Shown here piece after piece: positions 31,898 to 42,557 of a stretch of 64,000 nt of DNA. The stretch is from positions 200,680-264,679 of the forward strand of contig CAVOUQ010000016.1 in assembly GCA_963699635.1 (NCBI GenBank). Reading direction: 5' to 3'. This DNA is from an uncultured Actinomycetes bacterium (GTDB taxonomy: Bacteria > Actinomycetota > UBA4738 > HRBIN12). The notes under the pieces are model-generated. The model made no database searches. It saw nothing but the letters and a program-made list of their open reading frames with translations, and was not told the origin of the DNA. Positions within the stretch are counted from its first letter, which is position 1; the number at the start of each line of letters is the position of its first letter. The translations under genes and the position numbers were made by a program.

Positions 31898-32517
31898 GAC
31901 TCGGCCACCTCACGCTCGGGGCCTCGCTCGTCGGCCCCCCCGTCCCCCCGGTCCGTGTGCTCGAGGCCGGCGAGGATCCGGGACGCGTCGCGGAAGTCGG
32001 CCGGCGCGTCGCCGCGCGCGGGCTCGGGAACCTCGCCGCGGCGCAGCCGCTCGATCAGCTCGCTCATCCGCTCCGGCGTGACCCGGTCGTGGTTGGCGAA
32101 GTCGACCTGCACGACGGGGGCCGCGTCGCAGGCGCCGAGGCACTCCTCCTCGTGCACCGAGAAGAGGCCGTCCTCGGAGAGCTCGCCCCCGTGCGGGATG
32201 CCGGTCGCCCGATGCGCCGCCTCGTAGACGTCCTTCGCGCCCCGGAGCGCGCAGGACAGGTTCGTGCAGACGTTGACGAGGTGCTTCCCGGTCGGACGAA
32301 GACGCAGCATCGTGTAGAAGCTCGCGACCGCCTCCACCTCGGCGGTCGTGAGGCCGAGCAGACCGGCAACCTCGCGGAGCCCGTCGCGAGACACGTGTCC
32401 CTGCACCGACTGCGCGAGATACAGGAGCGGCATGATCGCCGAGCGCGAGTGGTCGTTCGGATACCTCGACAGGATCTCGTCCGCGCGCCGGCGGAGCTCC
32501 CCCGACAGCACCGGCAT
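31894..32517 (-). CDS. nuoE: NADH-quinone oxidoreductase subunit E (operon 2)
   Basis: 207 aa from ATG 32517 (ATGA overlap with the nuoD stop). Contains VCTNLSCALRG and ECLGACDAAP, plus an acidic C-terminal tail. Confidence 0.85.
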   Translation of the reverse strand: MPVLSGELRRRADEILSRYPNDHSRSAIMPLLYLAQSVQGHVSRDGLREVAGLLGLTTAEVEAVASFYTMLRLRPTGKHLVNVCTNLSCALRGAKDVYEAAHRATGIPHGGELSEDGLFSVHEEECLGACDAAPVVQVDFANHDRVTPERMSELIERLRRGEVPEPARGDAPADFRDASRILAGLEHTDRGDGGADERGPEREVAES

Positions 32518-33752
32518 CAGCGGTCCACTCCACCCATCACGGGGTCGACGCTCGAGATCACCGCGACCGTGTCGGCGACGAGCCCGCGATCCACCATCGT
32601 GGGCACGGCCTGGAGGTTCACGAACGAGGGGTCGCGGATCTTGACCCGGTACGGCTTGTTGCCGCCGTCGGAGACGACGTAGTAGCCGAGCTCCCCCCGC
32701 GGCGACTCGACCGTCACGTAGGTCTCGCCGGCGGGGACGAAGACGCCCTCGGTCACCATCTTGAAGTGATGGATCAGGGCCTCCATCGACTCCTCCATGA
32801 TGTGCCGCACGTACGCGGGCGAGTTCCCGATCCCGTCGGGGCCGACCTCGAGCTGCGCCGGCCACCGCACCTTCGGGTCCTCGACCATCACGGGGCCCGG
32901 CTCGCCGAGCCGGTCCACGCACTGTTGCACGATGCGCAGAGATTCCTTCATCTCCTCGATCCGGACCTCGAAGCGCGCGTAGCAGTCCCCCGCGTCGCGG
33001 ACCGGCACGTCGAACTCGTAGGACTCGTACCCGCAGTAGGGCTCGTCCCTGCGCAGGTCCTTCGCGACGCCGGCCGCGCGGAGCGAAGGGCCCGTCACGC
33101 CGAACGAGAGCGCGTCCTCGGCGGACAGCACGCCGACGCCGACGTTGCGCTCGATCCAGATCGGGTTCCTGGACAGGAGCGACTCGTACTCGCGGATCCG
33201 GCCGGGCATCATGTCGAGCCACGCGAGGATCTGGTCGATCGCGCCATCGGGCAGGTCCATCACGACGCCACCGATCCGGACGTACGCGTGGTTCATGCGC
33301 AGTCCCGTCGCGGCCTCGAAGATGTCGATGATCGTTTCTCGCTCGCGAAAGCCGTAGAGCATCAGGCTGATCGCGCCGAGCTCCATCCCCGCCGTCGCGA
33401 GCCAGACCAGGTGCGAGGCGACCCGGTTCATCTCCATGAACAGGATGCGGAGCACCTGTGCGCGGGACGGGGCCTGGATGCCGAGGAGCCGCTCGGCCGC
33501 GAGGCAGTACGCCGTCTCGTTGAAGAAGGGTGAGAGGTAGTCGGCCCTCGTGACGTAGGCGACGCCCTGCTGCCACGTCCGGTACTCCGTGTTCTTCTCG
33601 ATGCCCGTGTGGAGGTAGCCGATGATCGGCGTGCACGAAACGACGGTCTCGCCGTCCAGCTCGAGCAGCAGTCGGAGCACCCCGTGGGTCGAGGGGTGCT
33701 GCGGGCCCATGTTGATGACCATCGTCTCCTGGCGAACCTCGTCCACCGACAT
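32517..33752 (-). CDS. nuoD: NADH-quinone oxidoreductase subunit D (operon 2)
   Basis: 411 aa with [14 protein letters not shown] and GYLHTGIEK. Confidence 0.9.
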   Translation of the reverse strand: MSVDEVRQETMVINMGPQHPSTHGVLRLLLELDGETVVSCTPIIGYLHTGIEKNTEYRTWQQGVAYVTRADYLSPFFNETAYCLAAERLLGIQAPSRAQVLRILFMEMNRVASHLVWLATAGMELGAISLMLYGFRERETIIDIFEAATGLRMNHAYVRIGGVVMDLPDGAIDQILAWLDMMPGRIREYESLLSRNPIWIERNVGVGVLSAEDALSFGVTGPSLRAAGVAKDLRRDEPYCGYESYEFDVPVRDAGDCYARFEVRIEEMKESLRIVQQCVDRLGEPGPVMVEDPKVRWPAQLEVGPDGIGNSPAYVRHIMEESMEALIHHFKMVTEGVFVPAGETYVTVESPRGELGYYVVSDGGNKPYRVKIRDPSFVNLQAVPTMVDRGLVADTVAVISSVDPVMGGVDR

Positions 33753-33794
33753 CGCGCCCGTCCTGCTCGCCCGCGAGCTCGGCCCGACGCTCGC

Positions 33795-34288
33795 TCACGT
33801 GGTCCTCCGGTCGACGGGCGGGATGAAGGCGCCCTGGTATCTCGTGGGCACGCCGCCGAGCTCCTCGTCCTTGCGCAGCGGCCACCCCTCCCAGTCGTCG
33901 GGCAGCAGGATCCTGCGCAGATCCGGGTGGCCCTCGAACTCGATGCCGTAGAAGTCGTAGACCTCGCGCTCGTGCCAGTCGGCCGTCGGAAACAGGGACG
34001 AGAGCGACGGCACGCGCGCATCGTCCTCGGGCACGCCGACCTTCACCCGGAGTCGATGCCGGTGCGCGATCGAGAGCAGCTCCACCACGACCCAGAACCG
34101 CGGCTCGCGCCCCGGCCAGTCGGTGGCCGTCAGGCTCGAGAGGAAGTCCAGTGACAGCTCGGGGTCCTCGCGCAGGCCGTCGAGCGAGGACAGGAGCTCC
34201 TCGCGCTCAAGGAACAGCGTGACCTCGTCTCGCACGACGACGACGTCGGGATGTCGGGCCCGGATGCGATCGGCGAGGTCCTCCGCCC

Positions 34289-34292
<4 letters not shown>
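33795..34292 (-). CDS. nuoC: NADH-quinone oxidoreductase subunit C (operon 2)
   Basis: 165 aa from GTG 34292 (GTGA overlap with the nuoB stop). Contains [20 protein letters not shown]. Confidence 0.85.
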
Positions 34293-34858
<566 letters not shown>

Positions 34859-35244
34859 GACGACGCTCGTCGCGCTCCCAGTCGAGGCCGCCCCGCTTCC
34901 AGATGTAGACGTACGCGACGAACACGAGCCCGATGAACACCGTCATCTCGACCAGGCCGAACAGCCCCAGCTGACGGAACCCGACCGCCCACGGGAACAG
35001 GAAGATCGTCTCGATGTCGAAGATGATGAACAGCATCGCGACGACGTAGAACTTCACGCTGAATCGCTCGCCCTTGGGCAGCCGCTCGGGCTCGATCCCG
35101 CACTCGTACGGCGCGAGCTTGGCCGCCGTGGGCCGGCTCGGAGCCAGCCACGAAGAGGCGGCGAGCGAGAGCACGGCGAACGCGAGCGCGAGCGCGGCGA
35201 GGATCACGATCGGCAGGTACTCGGACAGCTCCATCGCTTGCCCC

Positions 35245-36498
35245 CTAGGACACGCGCGCCAGTCGCTCGAGGCCGTACATCAGCTTGTCCTGGGCGTCCC
35301 CTTCTCGGCCGTCGGTGAGGTTCCCCATCACGCGAATCGCGAACCGCATCAGCCACGCTCGGGGCAGGCCGTAGTCCGTCAGCGTCCGCATGACGCTCGG
35401 GTGGCCGATCGCCCGAACGAAGTTGGTCCCGATGCGGTAGTAGCGACCGTACCGCTCGCGCAGGATCGTCGGGTACAGGTGCGCGATGCCCGGGCGATCC
35501 TTCACGAGCGCGTCGTGGATCAGCTCGGCGGCGAGCTCGCCGGACTCCATGGCGTACGCGATGCCCTCGCCGTTGAACGGGTTCACCAGACCGGCCGCGT
35601 CCCCGATCACGAGCATCCCCGGCACGCCCGCCGGCACCCGGCTCATGCCCATCGGGAGCGGCCCGGAGAGCACCGCGCCCTCGGCCGTCTCCTCGTTCAC
35701 GTTCCAGTCGGCTGGCAGCATCCTCCAGAAGGCGTCGAACACGCGCTGCGCCGAGACGTCCTTGAAGTTCTTGAACGTGTTCAGGAGGCCGGCCCCCAGG
35801 TTCACCGAGCCGTCGGCCAGCGCGAACAGCCACCCGTAGCCCGGCATCATCGCGTCGCCCTCCCACAGGTCCATCCAGACCTCGAGCCACGAGCCCGGAT
35901 GACGGTCGATCCGGTAGTAGCGTCGCGCCGCGATCCCGAGCGGCTTGGCCGGGTCCCGTCGCACGCCGGCCTGTCCCGCGAACCGACTGGCGGCGCCGTC
36001 GGCGGCGACGACGAACCGGGCCCGGACGTCGAGCTCCTCGTCGCGTTCGAGGTCGCGCGCGCGCGCGCCGATCACCCATCCGTTCTCGGTCACGGGGGCA
36101 AGGGCCTCGGTCCGTTCGCGCAGCCCCGCCCCCGCCTTCTCGGCCCGGCGGACGAGGAGCTCGTCGAAGCTGTGGCGCGTCATCGTCAGGCCGTAGCCCG
36201 GGAAGTCCTCGAGGGTCGGCCACGGCAGCTCGAGCATGGTCTTGCGCGAGTAGATGCGGAGGCCCTCGTGGCGCTCGAAGCGGGGGTCGTCGGTGTCGAT
36301 CCCCATCCTCCGCACCTGCGCGACGCCGCGAGGCGTCAGCCCGTCACCGCAGACCTTCTCGCGGGGAAAGCGGGCCTTCTCCAGCACCGTGACGTCGATC
36401 CCGTGGCGGGCCAGGTGATACGCGGCCGCGGAGCCCCCGGGTCCGGCGCCGACGATCGCGACGTCGGTCTCGATGTGCGTGCTCGACGAACCCGGCAC
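35245..36498 (-). CDS. Geranylgeranyl reductase family flavoprotein (MenJ-like menaquinone side-chain reductase candidate)
   Basis: 417 aa with DVAIVGAGPGGSAAAYHLA and EKVCGDGLTPRG. It sits 11 nt upstream of nuoA, probably as the first gene of the operon. Confidence 0.8.
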   Translation of the reverse strand: MPGSSSTHIETDVAIVGAGPGGSAAAYHLARHGIDVTVLEKARFPREKVCGDGLTPRGVAQVRRMGIDTDDPRFERHEGLRIYSRKTMLELPWPTLEDFPGYGLTMTRHSFDELLVRRAEKAGAGLRERTEALAPVTENGWVIGARARDLERDEELDVRARFVVAADGAASRFAGQAGVRRDPAKPLGIAARRYYRIDRHPGSWLEVWMDLWEGDAMMPGYGWLFALADGSVNLGAGLLNTFKNFKDVSAQRVFDAFWRMLPADWNVNEETAEGAVLSGPLPMGMSRVPAGVPGMLVIGDAAGLVNPFNGEGIAYAMESGELAAELIHDALVKDRPGIAHLYPTILRERYGRYYRIGTNFVRAIGHPSVMRTLTDYGLPRAWLMRFAIRVMGNLTDGREGDAQDKLMYGLERLARVS

Positions 36499-36529
36499 CG
36501 GCAGTCCCCCACCGCTCGTCAGAACCCGA

Positions 36530-36547
36530 TTGTGAAAAAATTCACAA
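36530..36547. promoter_or_regulatory. Rex operator (perfect consensus)
   Basis: TTGTGAA-AAAA-TTCACAA in an unusually AT-rich intergenic stretch 32-49 nt upstream of the reductase-nuo operon start. Confidence 0.75.
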
Positions 36548-36561
36548 GGATGCTAACCGAC

Positions 36562-36579
36562 TTGTGAAGTTCCTCACAA
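36562..36579. promoter_or_regulatory. Rex operator (1 mismatch)
   Basis: TTGTGAA-GTTC-CTCACAA, 14 nt from the first box. Confidence 0.7.
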
Positions 36580-36605
36580 ACCCTATGTCGGTGGCGTCGA
36601 GCCGT

Positions 36606-37064
36606 TCAACCGACCCGGGGGCGCTCCTCGCGGGCGTGGTCCCAAGCCGCGATGCGTTCGGGGGTGACGCGGAGGAAGCCGAGGCCTCGAACCTCGTCCG
36701 CGAACCGGGGGAACCCGTCCCCCGCGAGCAGCGGCCGGTACTTCTCGTGCCACGCCGAGATCGGCTGGCGCAGGTCCGCGTGCTCCGCCGGCAGCGGCTC
36801 GGCGCGACCCCGAACCTCGATGCCGGCGATCTCGATCCACGCCCGCCCGAGGTCGATCGTGAGCGCCACGCGGGGATCCGTTGCGACGTTGGCCCAGGTG
36901 CGCCCCTCGCGACGCGTCGAGACGTAGATCGCGTCCTCCGGCCACACGAACCACAGCGGCACGACGTGGGGCGAGCCGTCCAGATCCAGCGTCGCCACGG
37001 ATACGACCGAGAGCCCGCCGAACATCCGGCGCGCGGCCGCCACGTCGACCCCCCGAACCTGCAT
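36606..37064 (-). CDS. Pyridoxamine 5-phosphate oxidase (PPOX) family / FMN-F420-binding split-barrel protein
   Basis: 152 aa with VSVATLDLDGSPHVVPLWFVW. Confidence 0.75.
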   Translation of the reverse strand: MQVRGVDVAAARRMFGGLSVVSVATLDLDGSPHVVPLWFVWPEDAIYVSTRREGRTWANVATDPRVALTIDLGRAWIEIAGIEVRGRAEPLPAEHADLRQPISAWHEKYRPLLAGDGFPRFADEVRGLGFLRVTPERIAAWDHAREERPRVG

Positions 37065-37935
37065 CAGGACCGCTCCTCGATGCGCAACGACGCCGCGAGC
37101 GTCGGCGAGCGCCGTCGCCGCCGCCGCGTCCAGCGGCGGGCCGTCGAGCGCCGACGCCCGCGCGCGCGGCCAGGTCGTTCACCCGCGCGACCGCGTCGGG
37201 GCCCGCGTCGCCGTCGAGGACGTCGTCGCGCAGCTGGAATGCCTCCCCCACCAGCCGGGCGTAGACGCGCAACGGCCCCTCGACGGCCGGCCCCGCCGCG
37301 GCCAGCGCCGTCCCGATCAGCACGGGCCCTTCCGCCGTGTAGGAGCCGGTCTTGAGCGCCGCGACGCGCGGGGATGCGGGGCCCGGGTCTCGATCGCGCA
37401 CGTCGAGGAACTGGCCGGCGGCCATCTCCTCCCGCATCCGATCGAACCGCCCCATCGCCAGCCCGAGCGGCTCGGCCGGGGCGCCGCATGTCCGCAGCAG
37501 TCGCTCGGCGAGGACCGCCGCCAGGTCGCCGACGAGGATGGCGATCGACGTCCCAAACGCATCCGGATCCGAGCCGGCCGGCGCGGCATTCGCGAACCAC
37601 GCGTGCGTCGACGCCACCCCGCGACGCTCGTCCGTCCGGTCCATCACGTCGTCGTGAACGATCGCGAAGGTATGGAGCAGCTCGAGCGCGGCCGCGGCGC
37701 GGACGATCGGGGGCCGATCCTGCCCGCCGGCCGCGAGGTGCGACCAGAAGCAGAGTGCCGGTCGGATGCGCTTGCCGCCCGCGGCCAGGAGCCGGAGGAT
37801 CTCGTCGACCAAGACGACCGCCCCGGGGTCCATGGCCGCGAGCTCGGCCCGGCGATCCGCGAGGAACCCCGCGAGCTCCTCGTCCACGCGCTCCACGACC
37901 CCGAGCGCCGGGGCGGCGATCGTTCGCTCGGTCAC
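37064..37935 (-). CDS. Second polyprenyl diphosphate synthase, 3-prime end frameshifted (possible pseudogene or sequence error)
   Basis: Contains [22 protein letters not shown] and FQLRDDVLD. After ..[10 protein letters not shown] (~37160) the frame degenerates to Arg/Gly nonsense, while another frame reads [21 protein letters not shown] third frame ends in a TGATG stop/start junction with the PPOX gene. Confidence 0.65.
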
Positions 37936-38027
37936 GGGTCGAAGTATGCCAAGCGACGACGGATCGCGGTCCCCTCGCGAGGAGGCGGCTGCTATCGTTC
38001 GACCACGCTCAGGGCGATCCGGATCAG

Positions 38028-39855
38028 ATGACTCGCTTCCAGAAGCTCACCATCGCGACGACGGCCTCGACCGTGCTGCTGGTCACGGTGGGCGGCCTCG
38101 TTCGGGCGACCGGCTCGGGTCTGGGGTGTCCGGGCTGGCCCACGTGCTTCGGCAGGTGGATCCCGCCGCTCGCGTACCACGCCGTCATCGAGTACAGCCA
38201 CCGGCTCCTCGCGAGCGTCGTCGTGATCCTGGTCTGCCTCCAGGCGGTCGTCGCGTGGCGGCAGTTCCGGCGCGTGAAGCAGATCCTGTGGCCGGCGCTC
38301 GCGGCGGTCGGACTCGTGTTCTTCCAGGCGGCGCTGGGCGGGATCGTCGTCAAGGGCGAGCTCGAGGCCACGCTGGTGGCCCTGCACTTCGCGACGGCAA
38401 TGGCGCTCCTCGGCGTGCTCACGAACATCACCGCGAACTCCTTCTGCTTCGTCAAGCTCCCGATGAAGGGCCCGTCGATCGCGGGATCCGATCCGGCGTT
38501 CGCCCGCCTCACGCTGTGGACGGCCGCCGCCGCCGGGGCGCTCCTGATCGTCGGCGCCTACGTGCGGGCGGAGGCGGCGGGCCTCGCCTTCCGCGACTGG
38601 CCGCTGATGGACGGCCGGCTGGTCCCGACGCTCGGCGGTGTCGCGACGTTGATGTTCGCCCACCGCGTGCTGGCGGGGCTGGTCCTGCTCCTCGTCATCT
38701 GGCTGGCGATCCGCGCACGGACGATGACGAACCGATCGCGGGACCTCGTGGTCCTCTCGACGATCGCGCTCTCGCTGATGACGGCGCAGATCCTCGTCGG
38801 GGCGGCCAACGTCTGGTCCCGGCTGACCCCCGCCGCGGTCACCGCACACGTCGCGCTCTCGGCGACGATCTGGGGCGTCCTCGTGGCGATCGCCACGCTG
38901 AGCCGGCGATTCTCCGACCACGGCCGCGGGCGACCGGTCGAGACCGACGTGCGGAGCAACGGCAAGAAGGGCTCGCTCCGCGAGACCACCGCCGCCTACT
39001 TCCAGCTCACGAAGCCCCGTATCGTCGTGCTCCTGCTGATCACGACCGTGCCGGCGATGATGCTCGCCGACCGCGGGATGCCCTCCCTCTGGCTCGTCGT
39101 CGCCACGCTCGCCGGTGGCACGGTCGCCGCCGGCTCGGCGAACGCGATCAACTGCTACCTGGATCGCGACATCGACGAGGTCATGCGCCGAACCCGGCGG
39201 CGCCCGCTCCCGGCGCACCGGATCGAGCCGGGACGCGCGCTCGCGTTCGGCTACGTCCTCGGCGCGATCTCGTTCTTCTTCCTGGCGATCGCGGTCAACA
39301 CGCTCGCGGCGAGCCTCGCGCTGTCGGCGATCGCGTTCTACGTGTTCGTCTACACGATGTGGCTGAAGCGCACGAGCGTGCAGAACATCGTGATCGGCGG
39401 CGCGGCCGGGGCGGTCCCCGCGCTCGTCGGGTGGGCGGCCGTCACCGGCACGGTGGGCCTGCCCGCCTGGATCTTGTTCGCGATCGTCTTCGTCTGGACG
39501 CCGCCGCACTTCTGGGCTCTCGCGCTCAAATACCGCGGTGACTATGCGGAGGCGGGCGTCCCGATGCTCCCGGTCGTGCGGGGTCCCGAGGAGACCAGGC
39601 GGCAGATCCTTCGCTACTCGCTGATCCTGTTCGCGACGTCGCTGCTGCTGGTGCCGGCTCGGCCACATGGGACCGACCTACGGGGCGACGGCCGTCGTCC
39701 TCGGCGCCTGGTTCGTCTGGCGAGCCCTCGTGCTCCACCGAAGCGACTCGCCGGCGGAGCCGATGCGCCTGTTCCGGTACTCGATCCTGTACCTCGCGTT
39801 GCTGTTCGTCGCGGTCGCGGTGGACGCGATGCTGCCGGCGGGCCCGCTCGCTTAG
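38028..39855 (+). CDS. ctaB: Fused heme A synthase (CtaA/COX15) - heme O synthase (CtaB), with a frameshift near 39650-39668
   Basis: The N-terminal ~300 aa are COX15-like ([15 protein letters not shown], paired His in TM helices). This is followed in the same frame by [37 protein letters not shown]. The last 62 aa ([38 protein letters not shown]) lie in the +1 frame. Confidence 0.8.
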
Positions 39856-40361
39856 CTCGGCGCCGACGACGCCTTGGCGACGAGGTCCCGGAGCGTGGCC
39901 GCGTCGATCTCCCCGGTGATCCGGTAGCGGAGACGACCCTCCGCGTCCACGATCACGGTGGTCGGCAGGAACGGCACGCCGAACCGATAGGCGACGTCTC
40001 CGGCAGAGTCCAGGAGGCTCGGGTACTCGACGCCGAAGTCCTCGAGATACGCGCGCGCCGCCGCGGCGTCGTCCCGGTAGTTGACGCCGACGAACACGGG
40101 CCCGCCCTTCCCGGCGTCCGCCTGCGCGGCGGAAAGGATCGGCTGCTCGCGACGACACGGGCCGCACCAGGTGGCCCAGAAGTTCACCACCACGACCCGT
40201 CCCGCGTAGTCTTGCGGCGAGATCGAACCTCCCATGAGCGCCTCGCCCTCCAGCTCGGGCATCGCGCCGCTCACCTCCTGAACGGCCGGCCCCGACGGGG
40301 TCGCCCCCGACGCGGTGCACGCGACGAGCGCGACGAGGAGCAACGGCAGCAGGCGCCTCAT
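39852..40361 (-). CDS. TlpA/ResA-like thiol-disulfide oxidoreductase lipoprotein
   Basis: 169 aa with lipobox LVAC|T and [11 protein letters not shown]. Confidence 0.85.
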   Translation of the reverse strand: MRRLLPLLLVALVACTASGATPSGPAVQEVSGAMPELEGEALMGGSISPQDYAGRVVVVNFWATWCGPCRREQPILSAAQADAGKGGPVFVGVNYRDDAAAARAYLEDFGVEYPSLLDSAGDVAYRFGVPFLPTTVIVDAEGRLRYRITGEIDAATLRDLVAKASSAPS

Positions 40362-40402
40362 GTCGGGGCCATCGTCCCACGGGCGGCGCAGAGCGCCGGG
40401 CG

Positions 40403-41380
40403 TCAGGGCGAGGGTCCGGTCGGCGCCGTGCCCTCGGGCGGCGGCCCCGCCCCGCCGGCGACGACCACCGTCCCGTTCATCGTCGGGTGGACGTCACACT
40501 GGAAGTAGTACTCGCCCGCGGGTTCCGGCGGGATCGGGTATTCGACGGTGTCCGGCCCGGTGACCAGGTCGCCCTGGAAGAATGCCTGCCCGAGGCTCGC
40601 GTCCGAGTAGATCGAGATGTTGTGTTGCACCCCGGCGTCCTGATTGTCGAACGTGATCGTCGACGGGGCGTCCGCGGGGAGCTCGATCGTGTCGGTGTCG
40701 AACGCGATGTTCGCCGCGACGACCTGCACCGGCGGGGCGCCGCCTCCCCCGCCCTCTCCGCCACCCCCGCCGCCCGGCCTGATCTCGAGCTCTCCGGTCA
40801 TGTTCGGATGCACGACGCAGCGGAACGGATAGATCCCCTGCGGGAGCGGGGCCACCTCGTACTCGGCCTGTGCCGGCCCCGTCACCAGGTCCCCGTCGAA
40901 CAGAGGCGTCCCCGAGTAGTCCGGGTTGTCGAAGATCTGGACGTTGTGTTGTACGCCCGCGTCCCGGTTGTCGAACGCGATGACGAATGGTTCGTCGGCC
41001 GTCGCGGTCAACGTCGTCGGCTCGAACGCGATGTTGGCGGCGGCGAGGTGGACGACGGCCCCGGGCCCGGGTCCGGCTCCCCCGCCCTCTTCCTCGCCGG
41101 CCACGACCGCGATCGCGATCCCGCCGGCGAGCATGGCGATCCCCGCCGTCGCGCCGACCATCGCGACGATCGTCGACCCCCGCACCTGCGGTCTCGCCGC
41201 GGCGACGCCCGCGATGAGCACGATCGCCCCCGCCACGGTCATCGCGACCAACGTGGCCGCGGCCCCGTGGACGCCCAGGAGGAGCCTCGAGAATCCCCAG
41301 AGCGCCAGCCCGACCACCGCCAGGATGCCGAGCGGCAACAGGATCGGGAGCAGCAGGCGATCTCGGGTGTCGGCCTTCAC
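40403..41380 (-). CDS. Membrane-anchored protein with two tandem type-1 copper (cupredoxin) domains
   Basis: 325 aa from GTG 41380 (GTGA overlap with the ctaG stop). Three N-terminal TM segments are followed by two repeats, each with a His...Cys-x2-His-x2-Met ligand set ([13 protein letters not shown] and [13 protein letters not shown]), separated by a poly-Gly linker. Confidence 0.8.
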   Translation of the reverse strand: MKADTRDRLLLPILLPLGILAVVGLALWGFSRLLLGVHGAAATLVAMTVAGAIVLIAGVAAARPQVRGSTIVAMVGATAGIAMLAGGIAIAVVAGEEEGGGAGPGPGAVVHLAAANIAFEPTTLTATADEPFVIAFDNRDAGVQHNVQIFDNPDYSGTPLFDGDLVTGPAQAEYEVAPLPQGIYPFRCVVHPNMTGELEIRPGGGGGGEGGGGGAPPVQVVAANIAFDTDTIELPADAPSTITFDNQDAGVQHNISIYSDASLGQAFFQGDLVTGPDTVEYPIPPEPAGEYYFQCDVHPTMNGTVVVAGGAGPPPEGTAPTGPSP

Positions 41381-42204
41381 TTCGCGATCCTCGTCCGGAC
41401 GTCGCGCTCGACGTTTCGGAGCGCCAGCGCGTCCCAGCCGCTCTGCTCCCGCGCGTGCCAGTTGAAGAAGATCACCGCGATGAACCCCCACAGGATCAGC
41501 CCGCCGACGATCTTCATCACGAGCCCGGCGATGAGCTGATCGTCGAGCGCCGACAGGCCCCAGACCCTCGGGAACGTGGCGTACACGGGATACAGGAGCG
41601 TGTGGCCGAAGGTGAGGAACGACGCGGGGATCGTCGGCGCGAGCGACTGGAGGAACAGGTAGAGCATCTGCGCGGGCGGGGGGAGGGCCGGCCGCTCGGG
41701 AAGCGGCGACATCACCGGCCACCACATCGCCACCGCCGAGCCGAACAGCAGCACGTGAAGGCCGAAGTGGATCCACTCGGAACCGACCGCGGCCGTCACC
41801 ACCTCGGGCCAGTGCGTGAACAACAGGAAGCCGTTGAACACGATCAGCGCGACGATCGGCCGCGTGAGGAACCCGAAGACCCTGCTCACGGGCTTGGGAC
41901 GCAGGAGATCGCGCCACAGCCACGCGGGGATCCCGGCCACGATCAGCGGCGGCGCCACCAGCGTGTACACGAGGTGCTGCACCATGTGGATCGAGTACAG
42001 GGACCGCTCGGCCAGGTCGTGCATCGGCCAGGTCGAGGCGAGCCACAGCGCGCCCATGCCCACCGAGAACAGCGTCCGCCGGCGCCGGCGCTCGTCGCGT
42101 TCCTTCGGCGAGGCCGGCACGTGGCGCCGCACGGCGACGAGGTAGGCGAACCAGATCCCTCCGAGCAGGAGCCAGACGTCCGGGTGCACGTGCCAGGCGG
42201 GCAT
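41377..42204 (-). CDS. ctaG: Cytochrome c oxidase assembly factor CtaG (Bacillus-type, COG3336)
   Basis: 275-aa polytopic ORF with HMVQHLVYTLVAPPLI, located directly after the oxidase subunit genes. Confidence 0.75.
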   Translation of the reverse strand: MPAWHVHPDVWLLLGGIWFAYLVAVRRHVPASPKERDERRRRRTLFSVGMGALWLASTWPMHDLAERSLYSIHMVQHLVYTLVAPPLIVAGIPAWLWRDLLRPKPVSRVFGFLTRPIVALIVFNGFLLFTHWPEVVTAAVGSEWIHFGLHVLLFGSAVAMWWPVMSPLPERPALPPPAQMLYLFLQSLAPTIPASFLTFGHTLLYPVYATFPRVWGLSALDDQLIAGLVMKIVGGLILWGFIAVIFFNWHAREQSGWDALALRNVERDVRTRIAK

Positions 42205-42209
42205 CGTCG

Positions 42210-42557
42210 CTACCCCGCGAACGTCCGGAAGATCATGAGCACGACGAGGAAGAGGGTGATCGCGCCGGCCAGGCCCATGAGGAAGAACCGAGCGTACGTC
42301 CGGCTGTCGAACCGCAGGTGCATGAACCAGAGGACGACGAGAGTGAACTTGATCGCTCCGAAGAAGAAGAGGAGCGGGATCAGCAGGTCGTTGTCGTGGA
42401 TCCAGTCGATGTAGTAGATCGCTACCTCGGTCGCCGTGATCACGCCGAGGACGATGGCGATCCGAACGTACTCCTTCGTGCTCGGGTGTCGCGCGTGCGG
42501 ACGCCGCCCCGGTGCCACGCGCTCGGGGTGCTCGACCTCCGTCCCCTCGATCGCCAT
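42210..42557 (-). CDS. ctaF: Cytochrome c oxidase subunit IV (prokaryotic COX4 / CtaF-like)
   Basis: 115 aa from ATG 42557 (ATGA overlap with the ctaE stop). Contains YVRIAIVLGVITATEV..KFTLVVLWFMHL. Confidence 0.8.
   Translation of the reverse strand: MAIEGTEVEHPERVAPGRRPHARHPSTKEYVRIAIVLGVITATEVAIYYIDWIHDNDLLIPLLFFFGAIKFTLVVLWFMHLRFDSRTYARFFLMGLAGAITLFLVVLMIFRTFAG

Noticed and set aside
39640-39680. Programmed ribosomal frameshifting in ctaB and at the other frame breaks.
   Set aside because: There is no slippery heptamer or stimulatory structure at the junctions. The breaks occur in many unrelated genes, which fits indel error better.
37374-40508. The 1044-aa ORF as one giant protein.
   Set aside because: Its N-terminal ~220 aa are the antisense shadow of the polyprenyl synthase gene. 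Its C-terminal ~280 aa are an out-of-frame read-through past the ctaB frameshift and across the tlpA and cupredoxin genes. Only 38028 to ~39660 is genuine.
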